Of a DNA stretch of 64,000 bases, positions 37,489 to 47,374 are shown in pieces. A program made the translations under genes and the position numbers. This stretch comes from Gemmatimonadota bacterium (GTDB lineage: Bacteria > Gemmatimonadota > Gemmatimonadetes > Gemmatimonadales > GWC2-71-9): contig JBDHKN010000017.1 in NCBI GenBank assembly GCA_039586365.1, forward strand, positions 11,623-75,622, read 5' to 3'. The notes under the pieces were generated by a model that was given only the letters and a program-made list of their open reading frames with translations, was not told the DNA's origin and did no database searches. Within the stretch, counting starts at the first letter, position 1; each line of letters starts with the position of its first letter.

Positions 37489-38958
37489 ATGAGGGATGGC
37501 ATGACTAAGCTCCGCCCTGGTAATGCTCTAACGTTCGATGACGTGCTGCTCGTTCCGAGGCACTCCACCGTACATCCCAAGAGCGTCGACCTGACAACTC
37601 GACTGACCCGAGACATAGTTTTGAACATCCCTCTAATATCGGCCGCGATGGACACGGTAACCGAAGCCGAGATGGCCATAGCCATGGCCCGCGCCGGCGG
37701 GATCGGTGTGATTCACAAGAACATGACGATCGATCGGCAGGCGGCGGAAGTGGATCGTGTCAAGCGGTCGGAAAGCGGGATGATTCTGGATCCGATCACC
37801 CTGGGGCCGGAACGGCCGCTACGTGAAGCAGCAGGATTGATGGAGCGCTTCAAGATCTCGGGCGTCCCGATCGTAGACGGTGGTGGGTACCTCGTCGGCA
37901 TCATTACCAACCGCGACCTCCAGTTTGAGCGCAACATGGAGCGTCCAATCAGCGAGGTGATGACCAGAGAGAATCTGGTTACCGCACCGGTGGGGACTAC
38001 GCTCGAAGATGCCGAGAAGACTCTTGGTGAACACCGGATCGAGAAACTCCCGGTTGTGGACGAGAGTGGGCTTCTGAAGGGTCTAATCACCGTCAAGGAT
38101 ATCCACAAACGGCGTCTGTTTCCCGACGCCAACAAAGATCGCCACGGCCGTCTCCGGGTCGCCGCTGCTGTGGGAGTCGGCGAAGAGGCGAGTGCGCGTG
38201 CTGCGGCCCTGATTGACGCCGGGGCCGATGCAATTGTTGTTGACTCCGCGCACGGTCATTCAGCAAACGTGTTGGAGACCGTCACGAAGCTAAGAAAAGG
38301 ATTCCCGGATGCGCAGCTGATTGGAGGTAATGTGGCAACAGCTGCGGGTGCTAAGGCCCTCATCCAGTGCGGAGCGGATGGCGTCAAGGTCGGGATTGGA
38401 CCTGGATCGATATGCACGACACGTGTCGTAACCGGTGTTGGGGTTCCGCAAATCACCGCTATTGTTGAGGCTGCCCAGGGGGCTGGTGGCGTTCCCATCG
38501 TTGCCGATGGCGGAGTCAAATACTCTGGAGACGCGGTCAAGGCAATCGCTGCTGGGGCGTCGAGTGTGATGCTGGGTTCAATGTTGGCCGGTACCGAGGA
38601 GAGTCCCGGGGAGAGCTTTCTCCTCGAGGGTCGCAGATTCAAGACGGTCCGTGGGATGGGATCGTTGTCAGCGATGGAGGAAGGGTCAGCCGATAGATAC
38701 TTCCAGGAGGGCGACGTCGGTCTGAGGAAGCTCGTGCCTGAAGGGATAGAGGGGCGAGTGCCATACCGAGGGCCCGTCGGTGACGTGATCCACCAGATCG
38801 CGGGTGGCATCCGGAGCGGGATGGGGTACTGCGGTGTGGCAACCCTCGAGGAACTTGCTCGTGACACCGAGTTCATCCAGGTGAGTGCTGCAGGGTTGCG
38901 CGAATCACATCCGCACGATGTGGTGATCACAAGGGAGGCGCCGAACTACAGTATCTAG
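37489..38958 (+). CDS. guaB: IMP dehydrogenase
   Basis: [13 protein letters not shown], tandem CBS insert, [11 protein letters not shown] catalytic loop, [23 protein letters not shown]. Start ATG 37489 or 37501. Confidence 0.95.
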   Translation: MRDGMTKLRPGNALTFDDVLLVPRHSTVHPKSVDLTTRLTRDIVLNIPLISAAMDTVTEAEMAIAMARAGGIGVIHKNMTIDRQAAEVDRVKRSESGMILDPITLGPERPLREAAGLMERFKISGVPIVDGGGYLVGIITNRDLQFERNMERPISEVMTRENLVTAPVGTTLEDAEKTLGEHRIEKLPVVDESGLLKGLITVKDIHKRRLFPDANKDRHGRLRVAAAVGVGEEASARAAALIDAGADAIVVDSAHGHSANVLETVTKLRKGFPDAQLIGGNVATAAGAKALIQCGADGVKVGIGPGSICTTRVVTGVGVPQITAIVEAAQGAGGVPIVADGGVKYSGDAVKAIAAGASSVMLGSMLAGTEESPGESFLLEGRRFKTVRGMGSLSAMEEGSADRYFQEGDVGLRKLVPEGIEGRVPYRGPVGDVIHQIAGGIRSGMGYCGVATLEELARDTEFIQVSAAGLRESHPHDVVITREAPNYSI

Positions 38959-39230
38959 GTCACCGAGCGGGGATAAGCTGGAGGTGGCCCGACGATCTCG
39001 ACGCTTGACACTTCCCGGCTAGGCCGTAGTCTTCTCCGCCAGCCGTGCTTTGCTCCACACCTTGGAGGAGAGAGGCGCCAGGGCGGGAGAAGACTCTAAC
39101 AATGGGCAGCCTGCCACTGCGCGAGGCCGCTTCCGGATGGCGCCGGCACGCGTTCCCGTTTGACTACATCCCTTCATGGTAAGGGGAACGGCGGTCCTCT
39201 TCGGGGGCTATCGTCTAACAGGAGATCCGC

Positions 39231-40634
39231 ATGAATTTCTTCAGCGATTTTCCCGGTAAGATCCTTGCTATTAACGACTTCGTTTGGCAGCCGGCGGTCA
39301 TGCCAGTCGTGCTCATCATCGTGGGCTTGTGGCTCACGGTCCGCAGCGACTTCGTCCAGATCCGGCGGTTCCCGATGGCAGTCCGGAGGGTGCTGGGCGG
39401 CGCATTCAAGCACACGGAGGGTGAGAAAGGCACGATCACGCCGTTTCAGGCACTGTCGACTGCGCTGGCCGCAACTGTAGGAAATGGGAACATCGGCGGA
39501 GTCGCTACGGCAATTCTGGTTGGGGGCCCCGGTGCGATCTTCTGGATGTGGGTGACGGCGACCGTCGGGATGGCGACCAAGTACTCCGAGGCGGTGCTGG
39601 GCGTGCATTTTCGTGTGAGAAGAGAGACCGGCGAGCTCGCCAGCGGACCGATGTACTACATCGCGCGCGGCGTGCCAGGGGCTTATTTGGGCCGCATTCT
39701 CGCAATCATGTTTGCCTTCTTCGGTGCGGCCACAGCGCTGTTGGGAACCGGCAACATGGCGCAATCGAACACCATCGCTAGGACGTTTGTCGAGGCTTTT
39801 CGGGCAAACGCTGGCATCGACATGCCGCTTTGGGTCCCTGGTATTCTGATCACCGTGGCCGTCGGCCTGGTGCTACTTGGCGGGATCAGGCGTATAGCGG
39901 CGACGGCCGAGAGGCTCGTACCGACGATGATCGTGATCTACATCCTGGCCGCCGTTGTCTACATCGTGTTCAACATCGATGGCGTACCTCGGGTGTTCGC
40001 CATGATAATCAGCGAGGCGTTCACTCCATCGGCCGCTGCTGGTGGATTCATCGGAGCTACCGTGGCGCAGGGTATAGCTGCTGGAGTGAGCCGTGGTGTA
40101 CTGTCTAATGAGGCCGGTCTTGGCTCGGCTCCTATCGCGCACGGCATCGCCAACGTCAAGCACCCCGTCGAACAAGGAACCGTCGGGGTATTCGAAGTGT
40201 TCGTTGATACCATCTTGGTCTGCTCGATGACCGCGTTCGTGATCCTCGATTCAGGTTTGTGGACGGAAGGCGCGTTTCAGACTGCCAGTGGCGACCTGAC
40301 CTCAGCGGCTATGAGCACTACCGTGCCGTTCGCATCGATCGTCGTCGCCCTGTCGAGTTTCCTGTTTGGATTCTCGACGCTCATCGCATGGTGCTACTAC
40401 GGGGAGAAGTGTTTTGAGTTCCTGTTTGGCTCCAAGATGATCAAGCCGTATCGGATGGTTTTCGTGGCGTTGATCATGGTCGGGTCCGTCGTGTCGGTGC
40501 CACTTGCCTGGGCGATGGGGACTCTGCTGAATGGATTCATGGCGTTCCCCAACCTGGTCGGTCTGGCCTTCCTCGGTGGCACCGTTGCGAAGCTCACTAA
40601 GGAGTACTTTTCGGGAGAGGTCGCCGTGGGTTAG
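39231..40634 (+). CDS. alanine/glycine:cation symporter (AGCS family)
   Basis: ITPFQALSTALAATVGNGNIGGVATAILVGGPGAIFWMW and GVSRGVLSNEAGLGSAPIAH are AGCS signatures. Confidence 0.9.
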   Translation: MNFFSDFPGKILAINDFVWQPAVMPVVLIIVGLWLTVRSDFVQIRRFPMAVRRVLGGAFKHTEGEKGTITPFQALSTALAATVGNGNIGGVATAILVGGPGAIFWMWVTATVGMATKYSEAVLGVHFRVRRETGELASGPMYYIARGVPGAYLGRILAIMFAFFGAATALLGTGNMAQSNTIARTFVEAFRANAGIDMPLWVPGILITVAVGLVLLGGIRRIAATAERLVPTMIVIYILAAVVYIVFNIDGVPRVFAMIISEAFTPSAAAGGFIGATVAQGIAAGVSRGVLSNEAGLGSAPIAHGIANVKHPVEQGTVGVFEVFVDTILVCSMTAFVILDSGLWTEGAFQTASGDLTSAAMSTTVPFASIVVALSSFLFGFSTLIAWCYYGEKCFEFLFGSKMIKPYRMVFVALIMVGSVVSVPLAWAMGTLLNGFMAFPNLVGLAFLGGTVAKLTKEYFSGEVAVG

Positions 40635-40655
40635 TCTGCTACCGGTTTCGCAATC

Positions 40656-41723
40656 GTGGACCGTACAATTATGTTGCGGTCCATGCCGGCCCAGCGGACT
40701 GACGGCTCATCCAGTCGAGGTGTGAGGGTACCGGCCGCGCGGCGCCGGGCTGGTGAGGCTATTGCGGCTGTCCTCAAGCCCGGTATGCGGGTTGCGTTAA
40801 CCACGCACGTCAACGCGGATGGGGATGGTGCCGGAGGAGTCGCAGCTCTTTGGCACCTCCTGACGGATAACGGAATCCGCGCAGCAATCACCAACCCAAC
40901 TCCATACCCCGACCGGTACCGTTTTCTGCTGGCAGGATCTGAGCTGGCCGATAAGTCAGCGGATGCCGTTAAGCATCTCGAACGCGCCGACCTGGTTATG
41001 GTGCTCGACATCTCGGACCTTGGCAGGCTCGGGCACTTGGGACCTGTGATCCAGAAGACCGGCGTCCCGGTGGCGTGTATCGACCACCACGCCAGTTCGG
41101 GTACGCTGCCCGCCGGCCCGCGCCTGGTGGATTCGACGGCATGCGCCACGGGAGAGTTGATCTACGATTTTGCCCAGTCAGTTGGCTGGACGGTGAGCCC
41201 TGCAGTGGCGCGCGGTCTGTACGTCGCCATAATGACAGATACCGGGGGATTTCGGTTCAGCAATACGACCCCTCGGGCGTTGCAGATCGCTGCCCACCTC
41301 CTGGCATGCGGAGTGAATCCAGAGGAGATGTACCGCCACGTCTACGCGAGCGAATCCGAGGGCAGGTTGCGACTCATTGGCAATGTACTAGATACACTGG
41401 TCGTCGAGCCAGAACACGGGTTGGCGTGGGTGACGGTGCCGGCTAGGTCCTTGGAGCTCCACGGGCTCAAACCGGATGATCTCGAAGGTGTCGTCGAGCT
41501 TCCACGGTCAATCAAGGGTACGCGTCTTGCCTTGCTGTTTAGGCCGCTCGCAAATGGGCGGGTGAAGGTGTCGTTTCGGTCGACTGGAGACATTGATGTT
41601 GCCCGTCTGGCAGAGGGGTTTGGCGGGGGGGGGCACCGCAAGGCGGCAGGGGCGTCGCTGGCCGGGCAGATGAGTGAAGTACAGCAAGTTGTGCTCGCTG
41701 CGGCTAGGGCGGCGCTAGCTTAG
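40656..41723 (+). CDS. nrnA: DHH-family phosphoesterase (NrnA-like oligoribonuclease/pAp phosphatase)
   Basis: THVNADGDGAGG, IDHH, DTGGFRFSNT, and C-terminal DHHA1 GGGGH. GTG start. Confidence 0.85.
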   Translation: MDRTIMLRSMPAQRTDGSSSRGVRVPAARRRAGEAIAAVLKPGMRVALTTHVNADGDGAGGVAALWHLLTDNGIRAAITNPTPYPDRYRFLLAGSELADKSADAVKHLERADLVMVLDISDLGRLGHLGPVIQKTGVPVACIDHHASSGTLPAGPRLVDSTACATGELIYDFAQSVGWTVSPAVARGLYVAIMTDTGGFRFSNTTPRALQIAAHLLACGVNPEEMYRHVYASESEGRLRLIGNVLDTLVVEPEHGLAWVTVPARSLELHGLKPDDLEGVVELPRSIKGTRLALLFRPLANGRVKVSFRSTGDIDVARLAEGFGGGGHRKAAGASLAGQMSEVQQVVLAAARAALA

Positions 41724-41761
41724 GGTCTTGTTGCCTCGCAATCGACGCGCCTCTATCATTC

Positions 41762-42871
41762 GTGACCATGACAAACAGACTAGATGCTCTGGTAGCAGGT
41801 GCGCTCACGAATGTGCGCAATCCTCGTATTGACAACGACGTAGTCTCCGCTGGAATGATCCGCGACCTCTCCAGTGATGAAACTGGTCGGATCTCGTTCA
41901 CCGTGGTACTTGGGCGCGACGACCCGGCTGGGCTAGTGCGAGAGATCCGCCAAGCGGTCAAGGTCGTAGAAGGTGTCTCCGATGTTGCCATAGAGGTCGT
42001 GGAACCTGAAGCAGGACCTGCGGCGGCAAATGCTGGGGCGCCTGCTGCGGCCTCCCAGGCGTCGCATACACGGCCGACAGAAGAACTTGCCAACCTCGGG
42101 ACCATACTAGCTGTGTCGAGCGGCAAAGGTGGAGTGGGAAAGTCCACCGTCGCTGCTAACCTTGCAGCCGAACTGGCTCGCAATGGCAAACGAGTGGGCG
42201 TGATGGACGCTGATATATACGGACCCAACATTCCGCGCATCTTCGGCGTCCATGAGAAACCTCAGGTGATCGGAGGGAAGGTAGTGCCCTTGGAGCGGTA
42301 CGGTGTCAAGCTGATCTCGTTGGGGTTCTTGGTAGAGCGAGATACACCGGCCATCTGGCGCGGTCCAATAGTCGTGAAGATCATAGGCCAGTTCTTGCAC
42401 GACGTCGAGTGGGGTGTTCTCGATTACTTCATCGTCGACTTGCCACCAGGTACAGGTGATGCGCAGCTGTCTCTGTCGCAGACGGTCCAGATGCGAGGTG
42501 CGATCATCGTGACCACACCGCAGGAGATGGCCGTTGGTGATGCGCTGCGCGGAGCGCAGATGTTCAAGCAGGTGGGTGTTCCGGTTCTGGGAATCGTGGA
42601 GAACATGAGCTACTTCGCCTGCCCGCGTTGTGGTGAACGCAGTGACATTTTCCAGCAGGGCGGTGGTCAAAGGCTGGCGGACGAACTTGAGGTTCCCCTC
42701 CTGGCCCGCATACCACTGCAGGCCCAGATGGCGAATCTGGCCGATGAGGGCAAACCTGTCGTGATCGCTCAGCCGGAGTCTCCCGCCGGAAAAGCCATCT
42801 CTGGTATGACTGAACAGATTGTCGAGCGGGCGGGTGGACGAACAGTGTCCTTACCGATCATCACAGGCTGA
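41762..42871 (+). CDS. apbC: Mrp/NBP35-family Fe-S cluster carrier ATPase
   Basis: N-terminal DUF59-like domain, SGKGGVGKSTVAANLA, DLPPGTGD, and CPRCG cluster-ligand motif. Confidence 0.9.
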   Translation: MTMTNRLDALVAGALTNVRNPRIDNDVVSAGMIRDLSSDETGRISFTVVLGRDDPAGLVREIRQAVKVVEGVSDVAIEVVEPEAGPAAANAGAPAAASQASHTRPTEELANLGTILAVSSGKGGVGKSTVAANLAAELARNGKRVGVMDADIYGPNIPRIFGVHEKPQVIGGKVVPLERYGVKLISLGFLVERDTPAIWRGPIVVKIIGQFLHDVEWGVLDYFIVDLPPGTGDAQLSLSQTVQMRGAIIVTTPQEMAVGDALRGAQMFKQVGVPVLGIVENMSYFACPRCGERSDIFQQGGGQRLADELEVPLLARIPLQAQMANLADEGKPVVIAQPESPAGKAISGMTEQIVERAGGRTVSLPIITG

Positions 42872-42906
42872 GCCAACGACCTGCTGGATCCACATCATTG
42901 CGGCAA

Positions 42907-42940
42907 GCGGGAGGCTATCACAGGCCTCCCGCCCTTTCTT
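42907..42940. terminator. perfect 9-bp GC-rich hairpin between convergent genes (intrinsic terminator, possibly bidirectional)
   Basis: GCGGGAGGC (42907-15) pairs with GCCTCCCGC (42924-32), followed by CCTTTCTT on the + strand. Confidence 0.6.
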
Positions 42941-42983
42941 CGATGCGTGACTGGTGGGCGAAGGAAAGCTGCGGAGACCCCGA

Positions 42984-43859
42984 TCAGGGTTCGATCCACA
43001 CGACGGCGACGTCTCCCAAGACGGCCTTGAGCTTGATGTCGAGCTTGGATGTGGTGGAGTGGTAGTTAGGGGAGACATACCTCGTCCCGCTCATGGTGAA
43101 GCCAACGTTGTCGAAACTCACCAAGAAGCGATCTACATCTATCGCAACACCTAGAGTCTTAGGGAGCCGCAGGGTGAGTTGACCGAGACCCAGGCGGATG
43201 TCGGCGGTGTGTACAGAGGTGCCGGTCCCCTGGCCCGTGAAATCCAGCGTCACGTCACCGATGCCCCCGGCAAACGCAATGTGTTGGCAGCGTGCGTTTG
43301 CCAACCGTTCAGCTCGGAACTCAGCCGCCCCGGCTTTCAGGGTCAAACGGTCACATGTCGTCCGGTTCGGTTCGCCGAAAGACACGTGCGCTTTGGCTGC
43401 ACCAGAAACAATGTCCGCGCCAACCAGATGCATCCCTCCGAGTTCCAGGTCGGCTTCAGCCGCCCCCAGCTCAAAGGACAACCGCAATGGCACTTGCGGT
43501 GTTACCGAGAGATCGAGCCGCTGTGCTGTCTTGAATCGCCCCAGGCGAGATACATGGTCCTCCTTGGGTCGGAGTCCGATCTCCAGTCTGTTCGTGTTTG
43601 GGTAGTAATCAGTGTAGGCGAGGAAATCGTCTTCGTTGTAGTTGATCGCAGCTCGGTACAGAGATGTCCCGTCGCCAGGCGCCAGCTGTAGCCTTCCAGC
43701 CATGAACGTGACGTCGACGTACAGAGAATCTTCACCGCGCGCCGTGCGAGCCTCAGTAATTGTCTGATATGATTGTCCTATGAGTCCGACGGTAGCGAGT
43801 GCTGTGGTTGCGGCAGTCAGAATCACTGCGCGGCGCATCGGGATGTACTCCATGCTCAC
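42984..43859 (-). CDS. secreted repeat protein, toastrack/LiaF-C-like (DUF4097/DUF2154-type) fold suspected
   Basis: Signal peptide, then reiterated beta-strand units (LELGGMHLVGADIVSGAAKAHVSFG, LTLKAGAAEFRAERL, IAFAGGIGDVTLDF, IRLGLGQLTLRLP). The start overlaps the stop of the upstream gene. Confidence 0.5.
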   Translation of the reverse strand: MSMEYIPMRRAVILTAATTALATVGLIGQSYQTITEARTARGEDSLYVDVTFMAGRLQLAPGDGTSLYRAAINYNEDDFLAYTDYYPNTNRLEIGLRPKEDHVSRLGRFKTAQRLDLSVTPQVPLRLSFELGAAEADLELGGMHLVGADIVSGAAKAHVSFGEPNRTTCDRLTLKAGAAEFRAERLANARCQHIAFAGGIGDVTLDFTGQGTGTSVHTADIRLGLGQLTLRLPKTLGVAIDVDRFLVSFDNVGFTMSGTRYVSPNYHSTTSKLDIKLKAVLGDVAVVWIEP

Positions 43860-45100
43860 TATCGGGGCCGCTGAATCCTGTCATGCGATCCGGCGACCGG
43901 TGTTGCCGGGGGTGTCTGACACAGATACTCGTCTGATAGAGCTCGATCGAGTTGCCTGGTGAAGGTGCCTCGTATGCCGGCCCGTGAGAGCACCGCTGCA
44001 CCGAATCCTGCAGTGGCCAGGATCCAAGTGAACAGGACAGCGCTCGTTGTGGCGATCTTGCCTGCAATCGGTGCCCAACTGAACAGAACTGCGGGTAGCC
44101 AAATCGCCAGTAGGGCCACCAGCCCATACACGATGTATCGGTACGCGAGCCAGCCACCTACCACGTTGCCTTGCGCCATCCTGTGTCGCATATAGGTCTC
44201 CCCAACCGAGTGCGCAACCGCCAGGTAGCCACCCAGCACACCCAACGCCGCTGCAACGACAAAGGCTGCAATGGCGAACGGGATCACCAATATGCCCACG
44301 ACGGTGAGGGCGAGTCCCAGTATGAGCATGCCGAGCAGTGGGACGATCAATGGCTGTGCGAACAAACCAGCCAGAAAGGAACGCCAGAAAGATTGCCGCA
44401 CGGTGTCTGCTACTACCTCAAGCTGTCGGGGTGCGAAGAACACCAAGCCGAAGCCGAGAGCGCAGAGGGAGGCGAAGCTAGCCAGGAGGCCGATGATGTC
44501 CTCAACCACCTGGCCCGCTGCGGCACTCAATCCGGGGTTGTCGCGGCGCACAACGGTGGAGTACTGGGCATCAGTGGGCTCCCGAACCACCGCACTACTC
44601 GACTCGGAGGAGCGAGTGGCAGGCCGGGGTCGCGGTGCCCGTGCCGGCTGCTCAGTTGCTGGGACGGCTTCCAGTGCCAGGAAAGGAGCCATGATGGTCG
44701 CTAATGCCCCCGCATCGGCGCTCGCAGAGCCAGCAGCGGTCCGACGCCGAATCACCTCGAGCATTTCCGTCGGGTCGAGTCTGCCACTCTGATCCAGGAG
44801 ACTCCACCACGCAGTTGCCAGGTCGCTGTCTCGATCATAGCGTGCGAGGACTCTGCTCGTGGTAGCACCGCCCACAGTTGTCTCACTTCGCACTTCGCCG
44901 CGGGTGAACGAAACTCTGACGATTTCACCGTTGGACAGTTCGAATTCGAGAGACGCTTCGGCAGGCGAAACTGAGGCTGAATGGGCGACTATGCGCGGGG
45001 AAGCTTGCTTGGCTTGAGGTATGGTCTGACTGTATGCCTCTCCGGACTGGACGGCCCAGCCGACCACCGCGAGCGCCAAGAGTCTGTTAGCGTATCGCAT
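43859..45100 (-). CDS. hypothetical membrane protein (periplasmic N-domain + polytopic C-domain)
   Basis: Signal peptide, about 190-aa soluble region with a Pro/Ser/Arg linker, then about 5 hydrophobic helices. Overlaps both neighbours. Confidence 0.5.
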   Translation of the reverse strand: MRYANRLLALAVVGWAVQSGEAYSQTIPQAKQASPRIVAHSASVSPAEASLEFELSNGEIVRVSFTRGEVRSETTVGGATTSRVLARYDRDSDLATAWWSLLDQSGRLDPTEMLEVIRRRTAAGSASADAGALATIMAPFLALEAVPATEQPARAPRPRPATRSSESSSAVVREPTDAQYSTVVRRDNPGLSAAAGQVVEDIIGLLASFASLCALGFGLVFFAPRQLEVVADTVRQSFWRSFLAGLFAQPLIVPLLGMLILGLALTVVGILVIPFAIAAFVVAAALGVLGGYLAVAHSVGETYMRHRMAQGNVVGGWLAYRYIVYGLVALLAIWLPAVLFSWAPIAGKIATTSAVLFTWILATAGFGAAVLSRAGIRGTFTRQLDRALSDEYLCQTPPATPVAGSHDRIQRPR

Positions 45101-45614
45101 CTACTTCGGCCCTGGTGACGCCTGCCGGCTGCATGGTTCGGTGCAACGCCCAAGCGCACAGCATCGTCCCAACCGCAGCTACTCCCGCCACGGCAACCAA
45201 AGTGTGCTCGCGCACGGCCAGCATTTCGAACAGCGCATACGTGCTGCGTGCGATGTCAGTCGCCAATCCCAAAAGCGCCCGCCAAGAGGACAACAACACA
45301 CCCGTCAGTGCTCCGCCCCAGACAGTGCGGACATCTACTGTGCGTGTAGCTATCAACGCCACCATCGCGGTGAGCGAAGCAAAGGACATGGTTGCCATTC
45401 CACCCACCAACCACCACACTCGTCCAGTGTCGGCAAGAGAGCGCAGATACGCCTGCAGCTGACGGATCCAACGTGGTGCGGGCACCCGCACCTGTGCCAT
45501 GATGCGGTCTTCAAACCCGGAGCGGGGGGAGAACTGCTCTAGCTTTGACAGATAGCTATCTAGGAGTGGATCTTCGTCAGCAGGCAACTGCGGGTTCATG
45601 TCAAGGTTCTCCAT
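45087..45614 (-). CDS. putative anti-sigma factor / membrane protein
   Basis: Starts 34 nt downstream of the ECF sigma gene. About 60-aa cytoplasmic N-segment, then 3-4 hydrophobic helices. No HxxxCxxC zinc motif seen. Confidence 0.45.
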   Translation of the reverse strand: MENLDMNPQLPADEDPLLDSYLSKLEQFSPRSGFEDRIMAQVRVPAPRWIRQLQAYLRSLADTGRVWWLVGGMATMSFASLTAMVALIATRTVDVRTVWGGALTGVLLSSWRALLGLATDIARSTYALFEMLAVREHTLVAVAGVAAVGTMLCAWALHRTMQPAGVTRAEVDAIR

Positions 45615-45648
45615 CTGTGTGACTATACGTCCGGCCGGACCCGGAGTT

Positions 45649-46260
45649 TCATGCAGTGGACTCGCTCAACGGGTCCAACATTTCTCTGAGTTCTGCGCGT
45701 GCGCGATGGATGTAGGTTTTCACAGTCCCCAAAGGGAGATCGAGCATATCCGCTATCTCTTCATATGGTCTTCCGTCCACGTGTCGCATCATGATACACG
45801 CTCTGTATTCGGGACGTAGCTTGCCAATTGCCTGCTCGATAGTGGATCCGAGTTCGCGCGCTACCAATTCTTCGAGGGGCGATTCTGAGGTATCACCGAT
45901 CTGAAGGGCCGTTGCCTCTAACCGATCCGCTGTTGTTGCGTCAGGACCGCCCTCCAGTGAGAGAGTGTCTAGCTCTCGCTTGCGGAGATGATCAATTGCC
46001 GCGTTGTTCGCGATCTTGAAGACCCAAGATGAGAACTTGAACTCCGGCCTGTAGCGATCTAGTGCGTTCAGAACCTTGACAAAGGTCTCTTGGGCCAGGT
46101 CTTCAGCCAGCTCTCGGTCACGTACCATCCGGTAGATGAGGGAAAAAACCGGTCTTTGATAGCGCCGGATGAGCTCTCGGAAAGCAGGCTCAGCTCCTTC
46201 GCAGGCGTGCTCCACGACCTCTTGGTCAGTGGCGGTCGTGAGGTCTACAGGGCCAGCCAT
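45649..46260 (-). CDS. ECF (group IV) RNA polymerase sigma-70 factor
   Basis: Region 2 FRELIRRYQRPVFSLIYRMVRDRELAEDLAQETFVKV. Region 4 YEEIADMLDLPLGTVKTYIHRARAELRE. Confidence 0.9.
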   Translation of the reverse strand: MAGPVDLTTATDQEVVEHACEGAEPAFRELIRRYQRPVFSLIYRMVRDRELAEDLAQETFVKVLNALDRYRPEFKFSSWVFKIANNAAIDHLRKRELDTLSLEGGPDATTADRLEATALQIGDTSESPLEELVARELGSTIEQAIGKLRPEYRACIMMRHVDGRPYEEIADMLDLPLGTVKTYIHRARAELREMLDPLSESTA

Positions 46261-46354
46261 TGTGCCGGAATGACGCTAGACCAAGATGACCGCGGGGGAC
46301 TCAAGCTGCACAGTTCTTGCGGCACGATCAAAGGCGCCGATAAGTTTCGCGCCT

Positions 46355-47374
46355 ATGTGTGCCGCGGCTGCGAAACTCGACACCCCCGTGGGCCGCGAGA
46401 AGCGGGCGTACGTGCGTGAGATGTTCACGGCAATTGCACCACGCTACGACCTCCTCAATCATCTCCTGAGCCTAAACGTGGACAAACGTTGGCGCCGACT
46501 CACCATCGACCGCCTGGGTTGGGAGGAAGCCCTGCAGGGTCGATACCTCGACCTGTGCGCGGGCACCTGCGACCTCGGTGGGAAACTCGTAAAGCGTAGC
46601 GGCTTCAAGGGGCACGTTGTTGCCGCCGATTTCGTGTCCCCGATGCTCGCGAGAGGTAGGCAGAAGTACCCAGCCAAAGGCGCCGTCGCAACCGACGCTG
46701 CGCAACTGCGTTTTCCCGATGCGCACTTCGACGGCTGCGTCGTTGGCTTCGGTGTGAGGAACCTCGCTGACCTCGACGCTGGACTGGCTGAGATCGCTCG
46801 GGTGCTCAAACCCGGCAAAGGCGTGGTTGTGCTCGAGTTCTCGACACCCTCGTCCTGGGTGCCAAGGCAGCTGTATGCGTTCTATTTCCGGCACGTACTT
46901 CCCTTGGTCGGTTGCGTAGTGTCGAAACATATGACTGCCTACAGGTACCTGCCAGATTCGGTGCGCCAAGCCCCACAGGATGGAGCTCTCGTGGACCTTC
47001 TCGAACGGAGTGGCTTCGACGGGGTGCGTCAGCAGCGACTGACAGCAGGAATTGCATCGCTCTATTGGGGGGATTGCCACCTGAGACCAATAGCATTGCG
47101 GAACCACCGCGCGATCGGAGCACTGTGGATGGGACGTCGTGATCCCCTAGTGCTCCACGACGCACAGGTAGTGCCTGACGTGAGTTCAGTTGGCGGGTTC
47201 GGGACGTGCTGGCGCCGTTATGGACGGGGCGTTTGCGAGCCCGTGCTCCCAGACCGTGAGCCGGATATGCAGCACGTTAATTTATTACATGACTTAATGT
47301 TAACTTCACGGCGTTCTACGGTTATCTGGGCAATAGTCCCCCCTCAGTCAGCGGAACACGGGCGGCGAATGTGA
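46355..47374 (+). CDS. ubiE: demethylmenaquinone/ubiquinone C-methyltransferase (UbiE/MenG) with an unexplained ~100-codon C-terminal open-frame tail
   Basis: YVREMFTAIAPRYDLLNHLLSLNVDKRWRR, LDLCAGTCD, and VLKPGKGVVVLEF. Homology ends near ...TAGIASLYWG (about nt 47070). The rest, up to the stop at 47374, is unrecognisable. Confidence 0.75.
   Translation: MCAAAAKLDTPVGREKRAYVREMFTAIAPRYDLLNHLLSLNVDKRWRRLTIDRLGWEEALQGRYLDLCAGTCDLGGKLVKRSGFKGHVVAADFVSPMLARGRQKYPAKGAVATDAAQLRFPDAHFDGCVVGFGVRNLADLDAGLAEIARVLKPGKGVVVLEFSTPSSWVPRQLYAFYFRHVLPLVGCVVSKHMTAYRYLPDSVRQAPQDGALVDLLERSGFDGVRQQRLTAGIASLYWGDCHLRPIALRNHRAIGALWMGRRDPLVLHDAQVVPDVSSVGGFGTCWRRYGRGVCEPVLPDREPDMQHVNLLHDLMLTSRRSTVIWAIVPPQSAEHGRRM
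47276..47306. promoter_or_regulatory. AT-rich palindromic island (candidate promoter/operator)
   Basis: GTTAATTTATTACATGACTTAATGTTAACTT has only 6 G/C in 31 nt within a GC-rich window. It has GTTAA ... TTAAC inverted ends and lies inside the doubtful ubiE tail. Confidence 0.3.
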
